From Spirulina sp. (GTDB lineage: Bacteria; Cyanobacteriota; Cyanobacteriia; Phormidesmidales; Phormidesmidaceae): DNA of 29,857 bases. Below the pieces are notes generated by a model. That model did not search any database and was not told the origin of the DNA. It worked only from the letters and a program-made list of their open reading frames with translations. Below, piece by piece: positions 18,653 to 27,336 of the stretch; within the stretch, counting starts at the first letter, position 1, and every line of letters starts with the position of its first letter. Position numbers and translations under genes: made by a program. Location of the stretch: the NCBI GenBank assembly GCA_044070495.1, contig JBIPSI010000046.1, forward strand, positions 1 to 29,857, given 5' to 3'.

Positions 18653-19867
18653 CTAGGGGGAACAGGCGGGCACCCGCACGGGGCTGGATTTGGCCAACAC
18701 CTGCCATTGGCCGTTCTCGGTGACATAACCCACTTCGATCAGGTAGTCCCGGTCATCCACGGCAATGGGAAGCACCGGATCCACCTGGGGCACCGGATCC
18801 ACCTCAAAGGTCTGCATACTGTTGGGGCCAGCGGAAAAGCCCCCAGGGAGTTCGGTGACATCGTAGAGGTGCACCGTTAGACGGTGGTTGCCCGTTTTTA
18901 AGGTCGCGAGGTGTTCGGGCGATAGTTCCCAGTGGGCTTGGGCACTGCGGCAGGTTTGGGGCGTTAGGGTGGCCTGGGCGGTGGGTCTGGGCACGAAGCT
19001 GGGAGCTGGATCCGGGCTAGTGGCGGGGGCAGGTAGATCGGCGGCGGCGGGACTACTGGCCACTAGCGGATCGGTGATACCTGAATCCGCAGGATCGACG
19101 GTATCAGAGTCCACGACATGGAAGGCCAGACTGCGTACCGCCGCCGAGCGAACCAGGGCGTGCCAAGTGTCAGACTCATCGCGGTAGCCTAGCTCCAGCA
19201 GATACTCCCGATTCTCCTGGGCTATGGACAAATGGAGATCCCCCGTGGCCTGGGTTGGGCAATCCCAAAGATCCGTGGCGTGGGGGGGCTGCTGATCGAC
19301 CTGGGCAATGTCGGTAACATCGTGAACCTTGAGGGCCAAGCTACACTGCCGTTGCTTCAGCGCCTCTACCTCGGCATCGGGCAGCTCCCAGTAGGCATAG
19401 GCCCCATGGCTGGAGCGAGGGACAAGAATGATGCGCCGTTCTGCCTGGGCCGGGGTGCTCGGATGCGCTGCGGCCTCTGTGGATGCGGGCTGTTCCGTTG
19501 CCCCTTCTCCTAGACCGATGTCTGCCCTTGCCAGCGCAGGCAACCGGTAAGCCAAGCCCTGATCCCCGGATTGTGGCGGGGTCTCGCGCAGCATCCACCA
19601 CCACAATCCGCCCAGCCCAGGCAGTGCTAGAATCCATGGCCACCAGGAAACCTCTCGACTGGGGCCAGCCGTGGGAGCCGCTGTGGGGGATGATTTAGCG
19701 TCTGTTTCGGCCTGCGCCAACGTCGCATCGGCCATGGCGAGAGCCGTCGTCTGACCCCAGGCTTGACGGTCTCGTTGGCATATCATGGTCGCGGCCAAAA
19801 CCGTGGCCACCATCAGGCAAGGGAGGGTAGTGGATAGAGGAGGATGGGCGCGGTGACGGTGGGGCAT
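18653..19867 (-). CDS. DUF4912-type protein with two repeated domains and a membrane segment
   Basis: Twice-repeated pattern: LVPR..AYAYWEL..VHDVT..YLLELGY..W..LVRS and LTPQ..AQAHWEL..LYDVT..YLIEVGY..WQVLAKS. Start uncertain. Confidence 0.75.
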   Translation of the reverse strand: MPHRHRAHPPLSTTLPCLMVATVLAATMICQRDRQAWGQTTALAMADATLAQAETDAKSSPTAAPTAGPSREVSWWPWILALPGLGGLWWWMLRETPPQSGDQGLAYRLPALARADIGLGEGATEQPASTEAAAHPSTPAQAERRIILVPRSSHGAYAYWELPDAEVEALKQRQCSLALKVHDVTDIAQVDQQPPHATDLWDCPTQATGDLHLSIAQENREYLLELGYRDESDTWHALVRSAAVRSLAFHVVDSDTVDPADSGITDPLVASSPAAADLPAPATSPDPAPSFVPRPTAQATLTPQTCRSAQAHWELSPEHLATLKTGNHRLTVHLYDVTELPGGFSAGPNSMQTFEVDPVPQVDPVLPIAVDDRDYLIEVGYVTENGQWQVLAKSSPVRVPACSP

Positions 19868-20000
19868 GGCTGGAACTTTGCGGTGGCTCCAGAATACAGC
19901 ACCAGGCTAGGCCACTGATAGGGCACCCCCGTTCACCCCTAGGCGGTGGCAGGTCACGCTATCGGGGCTGCTTCCCCCAGGTTTCTAGCCCTGACCATAC

Positions 20001-20028
20001 AAAAACCAGCCCCCCGAAGGGAGGCTGG
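20001..20028 (-). terminator. Intrinsic terminator on the minus strand
   Basis: Minus strand CCAGCCTCCC-TTC-GGGGGGCTGG-TTTTT. Confidence 0.75.
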
Positions 20029-20059
20029 GAAAAGGTTGGTCGTTCCATCTATGGTCGTT
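20001..20059 (-). ncRNA. Candidate small RNA or leader transcript
   Basis: TATAGT -10-like box at 20072-20067, about 60 nt upstream of a terminator that no gene explains. Confidence 0.35.
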
Positions 20060-20304
20060 AAATATAACTATAGGCAGAAAACATAAGAGACCCGTAAGAG
20101 TAGCGGTGGAATTTGCGACAAAATTTGATGCCCTTTCCTTCTCCATGAGGCTCCATAGCGGCGGAATCTGGCAGAGCTTTGCTTATGAGATTCTTATTAT
20201 CTTTCCTTGGGCGGATGTGCGGTATAAACAGAGGTGGCATTTCGTCTGACGCGAATGCTACTAAGTTCATAAAAGTCCTAAAAGATGGATGAGGAGTGGG
20301 GTAA

Positions 20305-21054
20305 ATGCCTCTAACAAAACGTTGTGCTGCCGAATTCTTTGGCACCCTTTGGTTAGTTTTAGGTGGCTGCGGCAGTGCCGTCTTTGCCGCCAAATTTTTA
20401 GTGGATGGCGATGATACAGGACTGGGCCTTGGCTTTTTGGGCGTGTCCCTGGCCTTTGGTCTGACGGTGCTCACCATGGCCTATGCCATTGGTCATATTT
20501 CCGGTTGTCACCTCAACCCAGCCGTCTCCTTCGGTCTGTGGTCGGGGGGGCGCTTCCCTAGCAACGAACTGCTGCCCTACATTGCGGCCCAGGTGGTGGG
20601 TGCCATCGTGGGAGCTGGGATTATCTATCTGATCGCCAGCGGACAGCCCGATTTCGCCATCGACAACACCAGCGGTAACCCCTTGGCGACCAATGGCTTT
20701 GGTGCCCATTCCCCCGGTGGCTATAGCCTGTTTGCGGCGCTAATCACCGAAATTGTGATGACCTTCTTCTTCCTGATGATCATCCTCGGCGCGACGGATT
20801 TTCGTGCTCCGGCAGGGTTGGCCCCCATCGCCATCGGTATGGCCCTAACGCTGATTCACCTGATCAGCATTCCCGTTACCAATACCTCGGTGAACCCGGC
20901 CCGCAGCACTGGCCCCGCCCTGTTTGTGGGTGGCCCTCTGCTGGCTCAGCTCTGGCTGTTCTGGGTGGCTCCCATCGTTGGCGCACTGCTGGCGGGTTGG
21001 GTCTACTCCACCTTCTTTGAGGCTGCAAAACCCCAGGATGTCTCCGCTGAATAG
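20305..21054 (+). CDS. aqpZ: Aquaporin Z
   Basis: [41 protein letters not shown] (two NPA motifs); GAGGAG upstream. Confidence 0.97.
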   Translation: MPLTKRCAAEFFGTLWLVLGGCGSAVFAAKFLVDGDDTGLGLGFLGVSLAFGLTVLTMAYAIGHISGCHLNPAVSFGLWSGGRFPSNELLPYIAAQVVGAIVGAGIIYLIASGQPDFAIDNTSGNPLATNGFGAHSPGGYSLFAALITEIVMTFFFLMIILGATDFRAPAGLAPIAIGMALTLIHLISIPVTNTSVNPARSTGPALFVGGPLLAQLWLFWVAPIVGALLAGWVYSTFFEAAKPQDVSAE

Positions 21055-21105
21055 TGGCTATGGCTGATTTCACACCATAACCATTTCACGCCATAACAAT
21101 CGCAA

Positions 21106-21143
21106 GGGTGGGCTAGCTTTAGGGGTTAGCCCACCTTCTTTTT
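21106..21143 (+). terminator. Intrinsic terminator of aqpZ
   Basis: GGTGGGCTAGC-loop-GTTAGCCCACC followed by TTCTTTTT. Confidence 0.8.
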
Positions 21144-21204
21144 GGGTGTAGCTTGCTTCCCGTAAGGTGGGCTAGCGCTAGTAGTAGCATGTCCAATCCA
21201 ATTC

Positions 21205-21320
21205 GTAGGGTGCATTCGCGCAGCAATGCACCACCCAGAGCCTCTACCAGATACATCAGACCCAACACTTACCGATAATTTGGGGCTTGTTGGGTTCTGC
21301 TATCGCGCCACCCAACCTAC
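21205..21320. repeat. Pair of inward-facing GTAG REP-like palindromes (REPIN/BIME-like)
   Basis: GTAG-GGTGCATT..AATGCACC (21205-21232) and GTTGGGT..ACCCAAC-CTAC (21289-21320), between convergent aqpZ and glcF. Confidence 0.65.
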
Positions 21321-21388
21321 CAGAAATCGATGCTTTCCAGCGTTGTGTCAGTCAGTCAGGTTCTTGGCTTGTCCCAAAATCAGGCTCC

Positions 21389-22765
21389 CTAGGGTTGGGT
21401 GGAGAGCAGGTCAGTGAGGGATCGCTTTTGGATAGAGGCATCCAGCAATTCGATGGGATGCACCAAGGGCATGGCATGGCCCTGCTGGGCGAGGTGCTTT
21501 TGAATTTGTAGGGAACAGCCCGGATTGGGGGAGGCGATTAACTTGGCTCCGGTGTTGACGAGGTTTTTGGCCTTCATTTGGCCCAATTCTTCGGCCACCT
21601 GGGGTTGCAGCATGTTGTACACCCCCGCACTGCCGCAGCACAGGGCCGCATCCACGGGTTCGCGCAGGGTAACGCCGGGGATTTGGCGCAGCAGTTGGCG
21701 CGGCTGGAGGCTAATTTTTTGGCCATGGATCAGGTGGCAGGCATCCTGAAACACAATGGGCAGTTCGCCCTCGGTGAGGGGATGGAGGGGGGCGGTGAGG
21801 CCGATTTCCGCCAAAAATTCGTTGATATCGCGCACCTGGGCCGAGAAGGCTTGGGCGCGATCCCGATAGGCGGGGTCGTCTTGCAGAATGTGGCCGTACT
21901 CCTTGAGGGTGTGGCCACAGCCAGCGGCGTTGATTACCACGTAGTCTACCTGGGCCACCTCAAAGGTATCGATCATCTGGCGGGCCAAGGTTTCGGCCTG
22001 GGCCGATTCTCCTTGGTGGGCGGGCAGGGCGGCGCAACAACCCTGGGCACGGGGGATCACCACCTCGCAGCCGTTGGCACTTAGCACCCGCGCCGTGGCG
22101 GCATTCACATCCGAAAAAAAGACCCGCTGCACACAGCCCAGCACCATCCCCACCCGGTAGCGGGTTTCCCCCACGGCGGGGATCACCTCCGGCAGGGTAT
22201 CGCGAAAACTGTCGGCACTCACCGGGGGCAACAGCGACTCCATCGCCGCCAGGTTGGGGGAGATCTTCGCCAGCAACCCCGTTTTCTGCACCAGTTGGGA
22301 AAGCCCAAGCTTTTGGTACAGGTACAGCGGCCCCGCCGTCAGCCGCAGCCGTTGGGGGTAGGGAAACAGGTTAAAAATCAGCGTGCGCAGCAGGGTTTCG
22401 GGCAGGTTGCGGGGATGGTTGCGCTGCACCTGGGGCCGCACGGCGGCGATGAGCTGGTCGTACTGCACGCCGGAGGGGCAGGCCGTGGTGCAGGCCAAAC
22501 ACCCCAGGCAAGAATCGAAATGCTGCACCGATGCCGGAGAAAGGGGCGCTTCCCCCTTGTTGATGGCGTCCATCAGATAAATCCGGCCCCTGGGGGAATC
22601 CATCTCCTTGCCAATCACCCGATAGCTGGGGCAAGTGGTGAGGCAAAAGCCGCAGTGAACACAGGCATTAATTAAGTCTGGGCTAGGGGGATGCAGGGCA
22701 TCGAAGCCGTCGCACTGGGGAGTAGACGCGGGAGCCACCGAGGGCGAAATCTCCGATGTTTGCAT
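21389..22765 (-). CDS. glcF: Glycolate oxidase iron-sulfur subunit
   Basis: Two 4Fe-4S motifs (CVHCGFCLTTCP, CLGCLACTTACP), SPRGRI, two cysteine-rich CCG domains (QGCCAA, CCGSAGVYN). Confidence 0.92.
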   Translation of the reverse strand: MQTSEISPSVAPASTPQCDGFDALHPPSPDLINACVHCGFCLTTCPSYRVIGKEMDSPRGRIYLMDAINKGEAPLSPASVQHFDSCLGCLACTTACPSGVQYDQLIAAVRPQVQRNHPRNLPETLLRTLIFNLFPYPQRLRLTAGPLYLYQKLGLSQLVQKTGLLAKISPNLAAMESLLPPVSADSFRDTLPEVIPAVGETRYRVGMVLGCVQRVFFSDVNAATARVLSANGCEVVIPRAQGCCAALPAHQGESAQAETLARQMIDTFEVAQVDYVVINAAGCGHTLKEYGHILQDDPAYRDRAQAFSAQVRDINEFLAEIGLTAPLHPLTEGELPIVFQDACHLIHGQKISLQPRQLLRQIPGVTLREPVDAALCCGSAGVYNMLQPQVAEELGQMKAKNLVNTGAKLIASPNPGCSLQIQKHLAQQGHAMPLVHPIELLDASIQKRSLTDLLSTQP

Positions 22766-22917
22766 AGCCTAGATTGTGACCAACGTTCCTAGCCTAGCGC
22801 GTGGGCCGATGGTTTTCCTAGCCGTTTGGGCCAACGCGATCCCTAGAAAATTTAATCCTCAGAATAGGTCGCACCAACCCCGCCGAGGGGCAACCCATCC
22901 TCACGGGAAGCAAGCTA

Positions 22918-23236
22918 CACCCCCAGCCCCTCTCCCATGGGGCTACTGGTTATACACAAATCTCCATTCTGCTGGGTTCCTAGGTTTGATCCCCCCTAGC
23001 CCCCCTTATGAAGGGGGGAACTGGCTTCAAAGTCCCTCTTTCTAAGGGGGATTTAGGGGGATCTCCGAGAACTTGCGGCACGAAAACAAGATGTGTATAA
23101 GCTGTAGCCTTCAGGGAGAGAGGAGCTAGAGCAGCTCAAAGTCCCTCTCCCTTGGGGAGAGGGATTTAGGGTGAGGGCATCCAGGGCAAACTAGCAGCAG
23201 GTTTCTCAAGATTGCAGCGGCTGGCTTATCTCGAAC
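22918..23236 (+). repeat. Structured dispersed repeat E4 (E1 subfamily, left end missing), interrupted by a nested element
   Basis: CACCCCCAGCCCCTCTCCCA (22918-22937) resumes as GGGAGAGAGG..CAAAGTCCCTCTCCC..GGGTGAGGGC after 23109. The right flank AGCAGGTTTCTCAAGATTGCAG..GGCTTATCTCGAAC matches E1. Confidence 0.85.
22941..23109 (+). repeat. Nested structured repeat E5
   Basis: Outer IR GGCTACTGGTTATACACA / TGTGTATAAGCTGTAGCC (16/18). Core 22988-23063 GATCCCCC..CCCCCTT-ATG-AAGGGGG..CAAAGTCC..GATTTAGGGGGATC. Confidence 0.85.
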
Positions 23237-23383
23237 TCAGGTTAATTAAGAATTCTCTCGCTGCGATCCAATCTCCCAAACCATTGCCGACAATAGAACC
23301 CATGCCAACGGTTGATGGATCTGGCCAGTTCAGGGTGTTTCGGCAAACTCACGCTGACCACTGCCACCCAGGAGACTCACGGT

Positions 23384-24910
23384 ATGAAACTGGCCTATTG
23401 GATGTACGCTGGCCCCGCCCACATTGGCACCCTCCGTATCGCCAGTTCCTTCAAAAATGTGCATGCCATCATGCACGCCCCCCTTGGGGACGACTACTTT
23501 AATGTGATGCGTTCCATGCTAGAGCGGGAGCGGGACTTTACCCCCGTCACCGCCAGCATCGTGGATCGCAACGTGTTGGCGCGAGGCTCCCAGGAAAAGG
23601 TGGTCGATAACATCGTCCGCAAAGACCAGGAGGAACGCCCCGACCTGATTGTGCTGACCCCCACCTGCACCTCCAGCATTTTGCAGGAGGACTTGGCCAA
23701 CTTTGTGCAGCGGGCCAGCCTTGAATCCAAGGGCGATGTGCTGCTGGCGGATGTGAACCACTACCGCGTCAACGAACTGCAAGCGGCGGATCGCACCCTG
23801 CAACAGATCGTCCAGTTTTATACCGAAAAAGCCCGCAAACAGGGCACCCTACCCCAGGGCAAAACCGAAAAGCCCTCGGTCAACATCATCGGCCTGACGA
23901 CGCTGGGCTTCCACAACAACCACGACTGCCGCGAACTACGCACCCTAATGGCGCAGCTCGACATTGAGGTAAACCTGGTGATGCCCGATGGCGCGTCCGT
24001 CCACGACATCCAAACCATGTCTCGCGCCTGGTTTAACCTGGTGCCCTACCAGGAAGTGGGCCACCTCACCGCCGAGTATCTGCACACCGAGTTCGGGATG
24101 CCCTGCGTCAACATCACCCCCATGGGCATTGTGGAAACCGCCCGCTGCATCCGCGCCATCCAAGCCGTCCTCAACCAGCAGGGGGCCGAGGTCGATTACG
24201 AAGGCTTTATTGACGAGCAAACCCGCTTTGTCTCCCAAGCCGCTTGGTTCTCCCGCTCCATCGACTGCCAAAACCTCACCGGAAAGCGGGCCGTCGTCTT
24301 TGGCGACAGCACCCACGCCGCCGCCATGACCAAAATTTTGGCGCGGGAAATGGGCATTAAAGTTGTCCTGGCGGGCACCTACTGCAAATACGATGCCGAC
24401 TGGTTCACCGAGCAGGTGGGCGACTTCTGCGACGAAATTCTGGTCAGCGAAGATAATGGAGCCATCGCCGACCGCATCGCCCAACTGGAACCCGCCGCCA
24501 TCTTTGGCACCCAAATGGAACGCCATGTGGGCAAACGGCTGGATATTCCCTGCGGCGTAATTGCGGCCCCCATCCACATCCAAAACTTCCCGGTGGGCTA
24601 TCGGCCTTTCCTCGGCTACGAAGGAGCCAACCAAATTGTGGATTTGGTCTACAACTCCTTCACCCTCGGCATGGAAGACCACCTGCTAGAGTTCTTCGGC
24701 GGCCACGACACCAAGGAAGTGCTCACCGCTACCATGTCTGCCAGTGCAGACCTGGGCTGGAGTGCTGATGGCATGGCCGAACTGCAAAAAATCCCCGGCT
24801 TTGTGCGCGGCAAGGTGAAACGCAACACCGAAACGTTCGCCCGTGAGCAGGGCATTGGCCAAATTACCGCCGAAGTTCTCTATGCCGCTAAGGAGGCTGT
24901 GGGGGCTTAG
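23384..24910 (+). CDS. chlB: Light-independent protochlorophyllide reductase subunit B
   Basis: [18 protein letters not shown] start with AGGAGA upstream, [26 protein letters not shown]-terminal [14 protein letters not shown]; 508 aa. Confidence 0.98.
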   Translation: MKLAYWMYAGPAHIGTLRIASSFKNVHAIMHAPLGDDYFNVMRSMLERERDFTPVTASIVDRNVLARGSQEKVVDNIVRKDQEERPDLIVLTPTCTSSILQEDLANFVQRASLESKGDVLLADVNHYRVNELQAADRTLQQIVQFYTEKARKQGTLPQGKTEKPSVNIIGLTTLGFHNNHDCRELRTLMAQLDIEVNLVMPDGASVHDIQTMSRAWFNLVPYQEVGHLTAEYLHTEFGMPCVNITPMGIVETARCIRAIQAVLNQQGAEVDYEGFIDEQTRFVSQAAWFSRSIDCQNLTGKRAVVFGDSTHAAAMTKILAREMGIKVVLAGTYCKYDADWFTEQVGDFCDEILVSEDNGAIADRIAQLEPAAIFGTQMERHVGKRLDIPCGVIAAPIHIQNFPVGYRPFLGYEGANQIVDLVYNSFTLGMEDHLLEFFGGHDTKEVLTATMSASADLGWSADGMAELQKIPGFVRGKVKRNTETFAREQGIGQITAEVLYAAKEAVGA

Positions 24911-24918
24911 GGGTTGCT

Positions 24919-24946
24919 GTTGGGGCGCACTGCGGTGCGCCCGTAC
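24919..24946 (-). repeat. REP-like palindrome with GTAC foot, copy 2, at the core/island boundary
   Basis: GTTGGGGCGCACTGCGGTGCGCCCGTAC, 26/28 identical to 14474-14501. Confidence 0.8.
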
Positions 24947-24973
24947 CGGGAGAAGCCAAATTTTTTGAGAGGG

Positions 24974-25126
24974 TTTCCGTATAATCGTCTTCCTGAGGCA
25001 TACTGTGTGGAAGCTATAGGTGTAACTCCCCGTCCTAGGGTGAATTATACGGAAAGCGCTGTTATAACTGCCCTCTACAAGGTAGTTATACGGAAAGCCT
25101 TAGTATAATAAGTTGTTATATCGCCA
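24974..25126 (+). other. Palindromic element ending in a GTT core site (attC-like right portion)
   Basis: 12-bp perfect IR TTTCCGTATAAT (24974-24985) / ATTATACGGAAA (25044-25055), second TTATACGGAAAGC at 25086-25098, hairpin 25063-25090, TATAAT at 25104-25109, end GTTATATCGCCA at 25115-25126. Confidence 0.55.
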
Positions 25127-25199
25127 CTGCTAGAAGTTCTGAACCTATAGACTCAATCAAAAGCTCTGGCTAATTCCCTCGCAGGAACCAGTTAAATCA

Positions 25200-26243
25200 A
25201 TGAGCGACATTGAAAAAGCGACAACTGCCATTACCACCATCACAGGTGCTGTATCAGACTTAGCTATAAATGGTGCAACTTCTCTACCAGAACCGATAAG
25301 GAAGAATGTATTTAAAGCCTTTGATCGACTTTGTACTGCGGCTTTAGATGTCCCAGTTGCATACCTTGAGGGAAAAGCGGCTGAGCGACGTGCCGAAACA
25401 CAGGCTCGTATCCATCTTATCTCGGCTAATGCAGAGCAGATTGCGAGACAAATGGACGTTCATCCTGAATACAGCCGAATTGCTACAGAAAAATATGGAA
25501 AGCGAATTCTTCAAGAGCAGATTAATCTGGATAAGGTCTGCAATATCGCAGCTCAGGAGGTAGCTCAGGCTGGAGAAGAACTCAATGATGCTGGCAGTTC
25601 TGATCAATCTGATCAAACGGAAGTACTGATTAGCGATGACTGGCTTGATAGCTTCCAAAAAGAAGCCTGCGGAAAAAGTAGTGAAGAGATGCAAATACTC
25701 TTTGGTCGAATTCTGGCTGGAGAAATAATGAAGCCCGAGTCATTCTCAATCAGAACTGTAAAAATAATGGGGCAGCTGGACAGTAGAGCAGCAAGACTAT
25801 TTCGACAACTCTGTTCTTTGTGTATAACTTTAGGCTACGGTGAGTTACTTATTGATGCAAGGGTGCCTTCTTTAGGTAAACAGGCAGGTCAAAACTCACT
25901 TCAGGAGTATGGACTTAGCTTCAGCAACCTCAATATTTTAGAGGAGTATGGGTTAATAATTTCAGACTACAACTCTTACATGAACTATATACCTGCAGTT
26001 GCGCGTAAAAATCAGGTGCCCCTGCCCTTCCGATTCAATAATATTTATTGGGGACTTGTTCCCAATAAACCTGATGATTGGCCACCCGCAAAAGACCTTA
26101 AAATAAATGGCGTTCAATTATCTACTTCTGGTAAAGAGTTGCTTAAGATAGTGGAGATTGAAAGTAGTCAAGGGTATACAGAGGCTCTTGTTAACTACTT
26201 TAAAGGGCTTGGCGTGGAGATGACAAGAGTGAATAATCTATAA
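25200..26243 (+). CDS. DUF2806-type protein, AT-rich, probable gene cassette
   Basis: ISDDWLDSFQKEACGKSSEEMQILFGRILAGEIMKPESFSIRTV matches the DUF2806 pattern from memory. Codon usage differs from the core genes. Confidence 0.75.
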   Translation: MSDIEKATTAITTITGAVSDLAINGATSLPEPIRKNVFKAFDRLCTAALDVPVAYLEGKAAERRAETQARIHLISANAEQIARQMDVHPEYSRIATEKYGKRILQEQINLDKVCNIAAQEVAQAGEELNDAGSSDQSDQTEVLISDDWLDSFQKEACGKSSEEMQILFGRILAGEIMKPESFSIRTVKIMGQLDSRAARLFRQLCSLCITLGYGELLIDARVPSLGKQAGQNSLQEYGLSFSNLNILEEYGLIISDYNSYMNYIPAVARKNQVPLPFRFNNIYWGLVPNKPDDWPPAKDLKINGVQLSTSGKELLKIVEIESSQGYTEALVNYFKGLGVEMTRVNNL

Positions 26244-26268
26244 CTCTCTCTCAACGCACCTGCGATAT

Positions 26269-26310
26269 TGGCAATATAACAAATGCGCTACAACGGAACA
26301 GTAAGCTACT
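26269..26310 (+). other. Truncated attC-like left arm (inverse core site)
   Basis: TGGCAATATAAC (26269-26280) is the reverse complement (11/12) of 25115-25126 and is followed by AAATGCGCTACAACGGAAC. No right arm is found before spacer R1. Confidence 0.55.
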
Positions 26311-26315
26311 AAATA

Positions 26316-26356
26316 ATCAGTCTGTAGGGTGGGCAATGCTAACTATTCTTCCCTTA
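26316..26356 (+). repeat. Cassette spacer repeat R1 (left part)
   Basis: ATCAGTCTGTAGGGTGGGCAATGCTAACTATTCTTCCCTTA, 35/41 identical to the start of R3. Confidence 0.85.
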
Positions 26357-26397
26357 TTGACGATAACGATTCTGACAGAACTGAAATCGCTTAACTC

Positions 26398-26757
26398 ATG
26401 AGCGGAATTGACCGAGACATCATCCCTGATCCCCGCCCAAGCTTAGTTGATCGTCACTTGCCAAATACCCCTCAAGTCCAACGACTGCTCCGAAGAGAAG
26501 GCAGAGCACACGTCTTCAATAATCTCGAAACCCTAAAACGAGTCACGCAGGCGATCATTGAGAGCGGAGAGCGAACCGGAATCGAGGATGAGGACGACGA
26601 TTACGAAAGATATGGCCTCTACTTCTCAGAACCCATCGGATACATAATTAGAATAGACGGGAGTCAAACGCCTCTTTACTACGGTGAGATCAAAATTGTG
26701 AAGTCAACAGGTGAGTATCATGCAATCCCACGCACCAGCCCTCGCAGAACAGGCTAA
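26398..26757 (+). CDS. Small putative toxin, Ntox50-like RNase pattern
   Basis: N-terminal DRHLP and C-terminal FSEPIGYII..G..IKIVKSTGEYHAIPR; overlaps the next ORF. Function inferred. Confidence 0.6.
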   Translation: MSGIDRDIIPDPRPSLVDRHLPNTPQVQRLLRREGRAHVFNNLETLKRVTQAIIESGERTGIEDEDDDYERYGLYFSEPIGYIIRIDGSQTPLYYGEIKIVKSTGEYHAIPRTSPRRTG

Positions 26758-26977
26758 AACATGGAAATTCCTGGAACTTTGGGTTGATCCATTTATTTTT
26801 CCACCCAAGGTTCTAATGCTAGTGGGTAATCAGGACGGTACTTGTCATATTTTTAACCCTGCGCTGAATTACAAACTTGTAGTCACTCACTCCAACTATG
26901 CAGCCGCCCAAGAATGGCTCCTTGAAGATGAATATGAACGGGTGAAGGGACAAATTTTAGCTGAAGAGGTTATGTAA
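26720..26977 (+). CDS. Small hypothetical protein, putative antitoxin/immunity partner
   Basis: ATG at 26720 (or GTG 26711) overlaps the upstream gene; acidic C-terminus AAQEWLLEDEYERV. Confidence 0.6.
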   Translation: MQSHAPALAEQAKTWKFLELWVDPFIFPPKVLMLVGNQDGTCHIFNPALNYKLVVTHSNYAAAQEWLLEDEYERVKGQILAEEVM

Positions 26978-26982
26978 GTTTA

Positions 26983-27002
26983 TAGGGTGATCTGCACCCA
27001 TC
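26983..27002 (+). repeat. Cassette spacer repeat R2 (internally deleted remnant)
   Basis: TAGGGTG-ATCT-GCACCCATC joins the left-arm start of R1/R3 to the GCACCCATC found near the end of R5. Confidence 0.5.
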
Positions 27003-27063
27003 ATTTTCGTTTAACCAAGAAGTTGCTGTTGACAAAGGAAATTAAATCATTGAAGGAGTAGAA

Positions 27064-27336
27064 ATGCAGATTAATATCGAACTAAACCAGGAATACGAAT
27101 CGAAGCTGGCTTATGTGCAGCAGCAAACCGATCAGCAAGATATCCAGGCTGTAATTGAGGCGGCGATTGATGTCTACTATCGTCAATTAGAAGTACCCCG
27201 CAAAACAGCCTTAGAAATCTTTCAAGAATCTGGATTTATTGGTTGTATTCAGACCGATGAAAATCTATCAACCAACTACAAGCCCATTGTTCGAGATGCG
27301 ATCCAGGCACGATTTAACCGTTCCCAAGAATTATGA
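27064..27336 (+). CDS. Antitoxin partner of the PIN toxin (RHH-like N-terminus)
   Basis: AAGGAG RBS, ATGA overlap with the PIN gene, C-terminal SGFIGC..NLSTNYK. Confidence 0.8.
   Translation: MQINIELNQEYESKLAYVQQQTDQQDIQAVIEAAIDVYYRQLEVPRKTALEIFQESGFIGCIQTDENLSTNYKPIVRDAIQARFNRSQEL

Noticed and set aside
20100..20304. Riboswitch in the aqpZ leader (hairpin near 20234-20261)
   Set aside because: A single hairpin without recognisable aptamer consensus or expression platform.
20058..20477. 139-aa minus-strand ORF that could explain the 20001 terminator
   Set aside because: Antisense to the aqpZ 5' end with no protein-like features; probably a shadow ORF, though not formally excluded.
22776..23045. 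89-aa ORF
   Set aside because: Mostly a translation of repeats E4/E5 in a divergent intergenic region.
23312..23383. N-terminal extension of ChlB in the ORF track
   Set aside because: The conserved MKLAYWMY start at 23384 has its own RBS; the TTG-initiated extension is unnecessary.
389..24855. Numerous long alternative-frame and antisense ORFs inside core genes (e.g. 471-1331, 5433-6221, 23945-24682)
   Set aside because: Expected shadow ORFs in GC-rich coding DNA; each overlaps a well-supported gene and lacks motifs.
24914..25108. 64-aa ORF
   Set aside because: Runs through a REP and the palindromic attC-like element; no RBS or recognisable motif.
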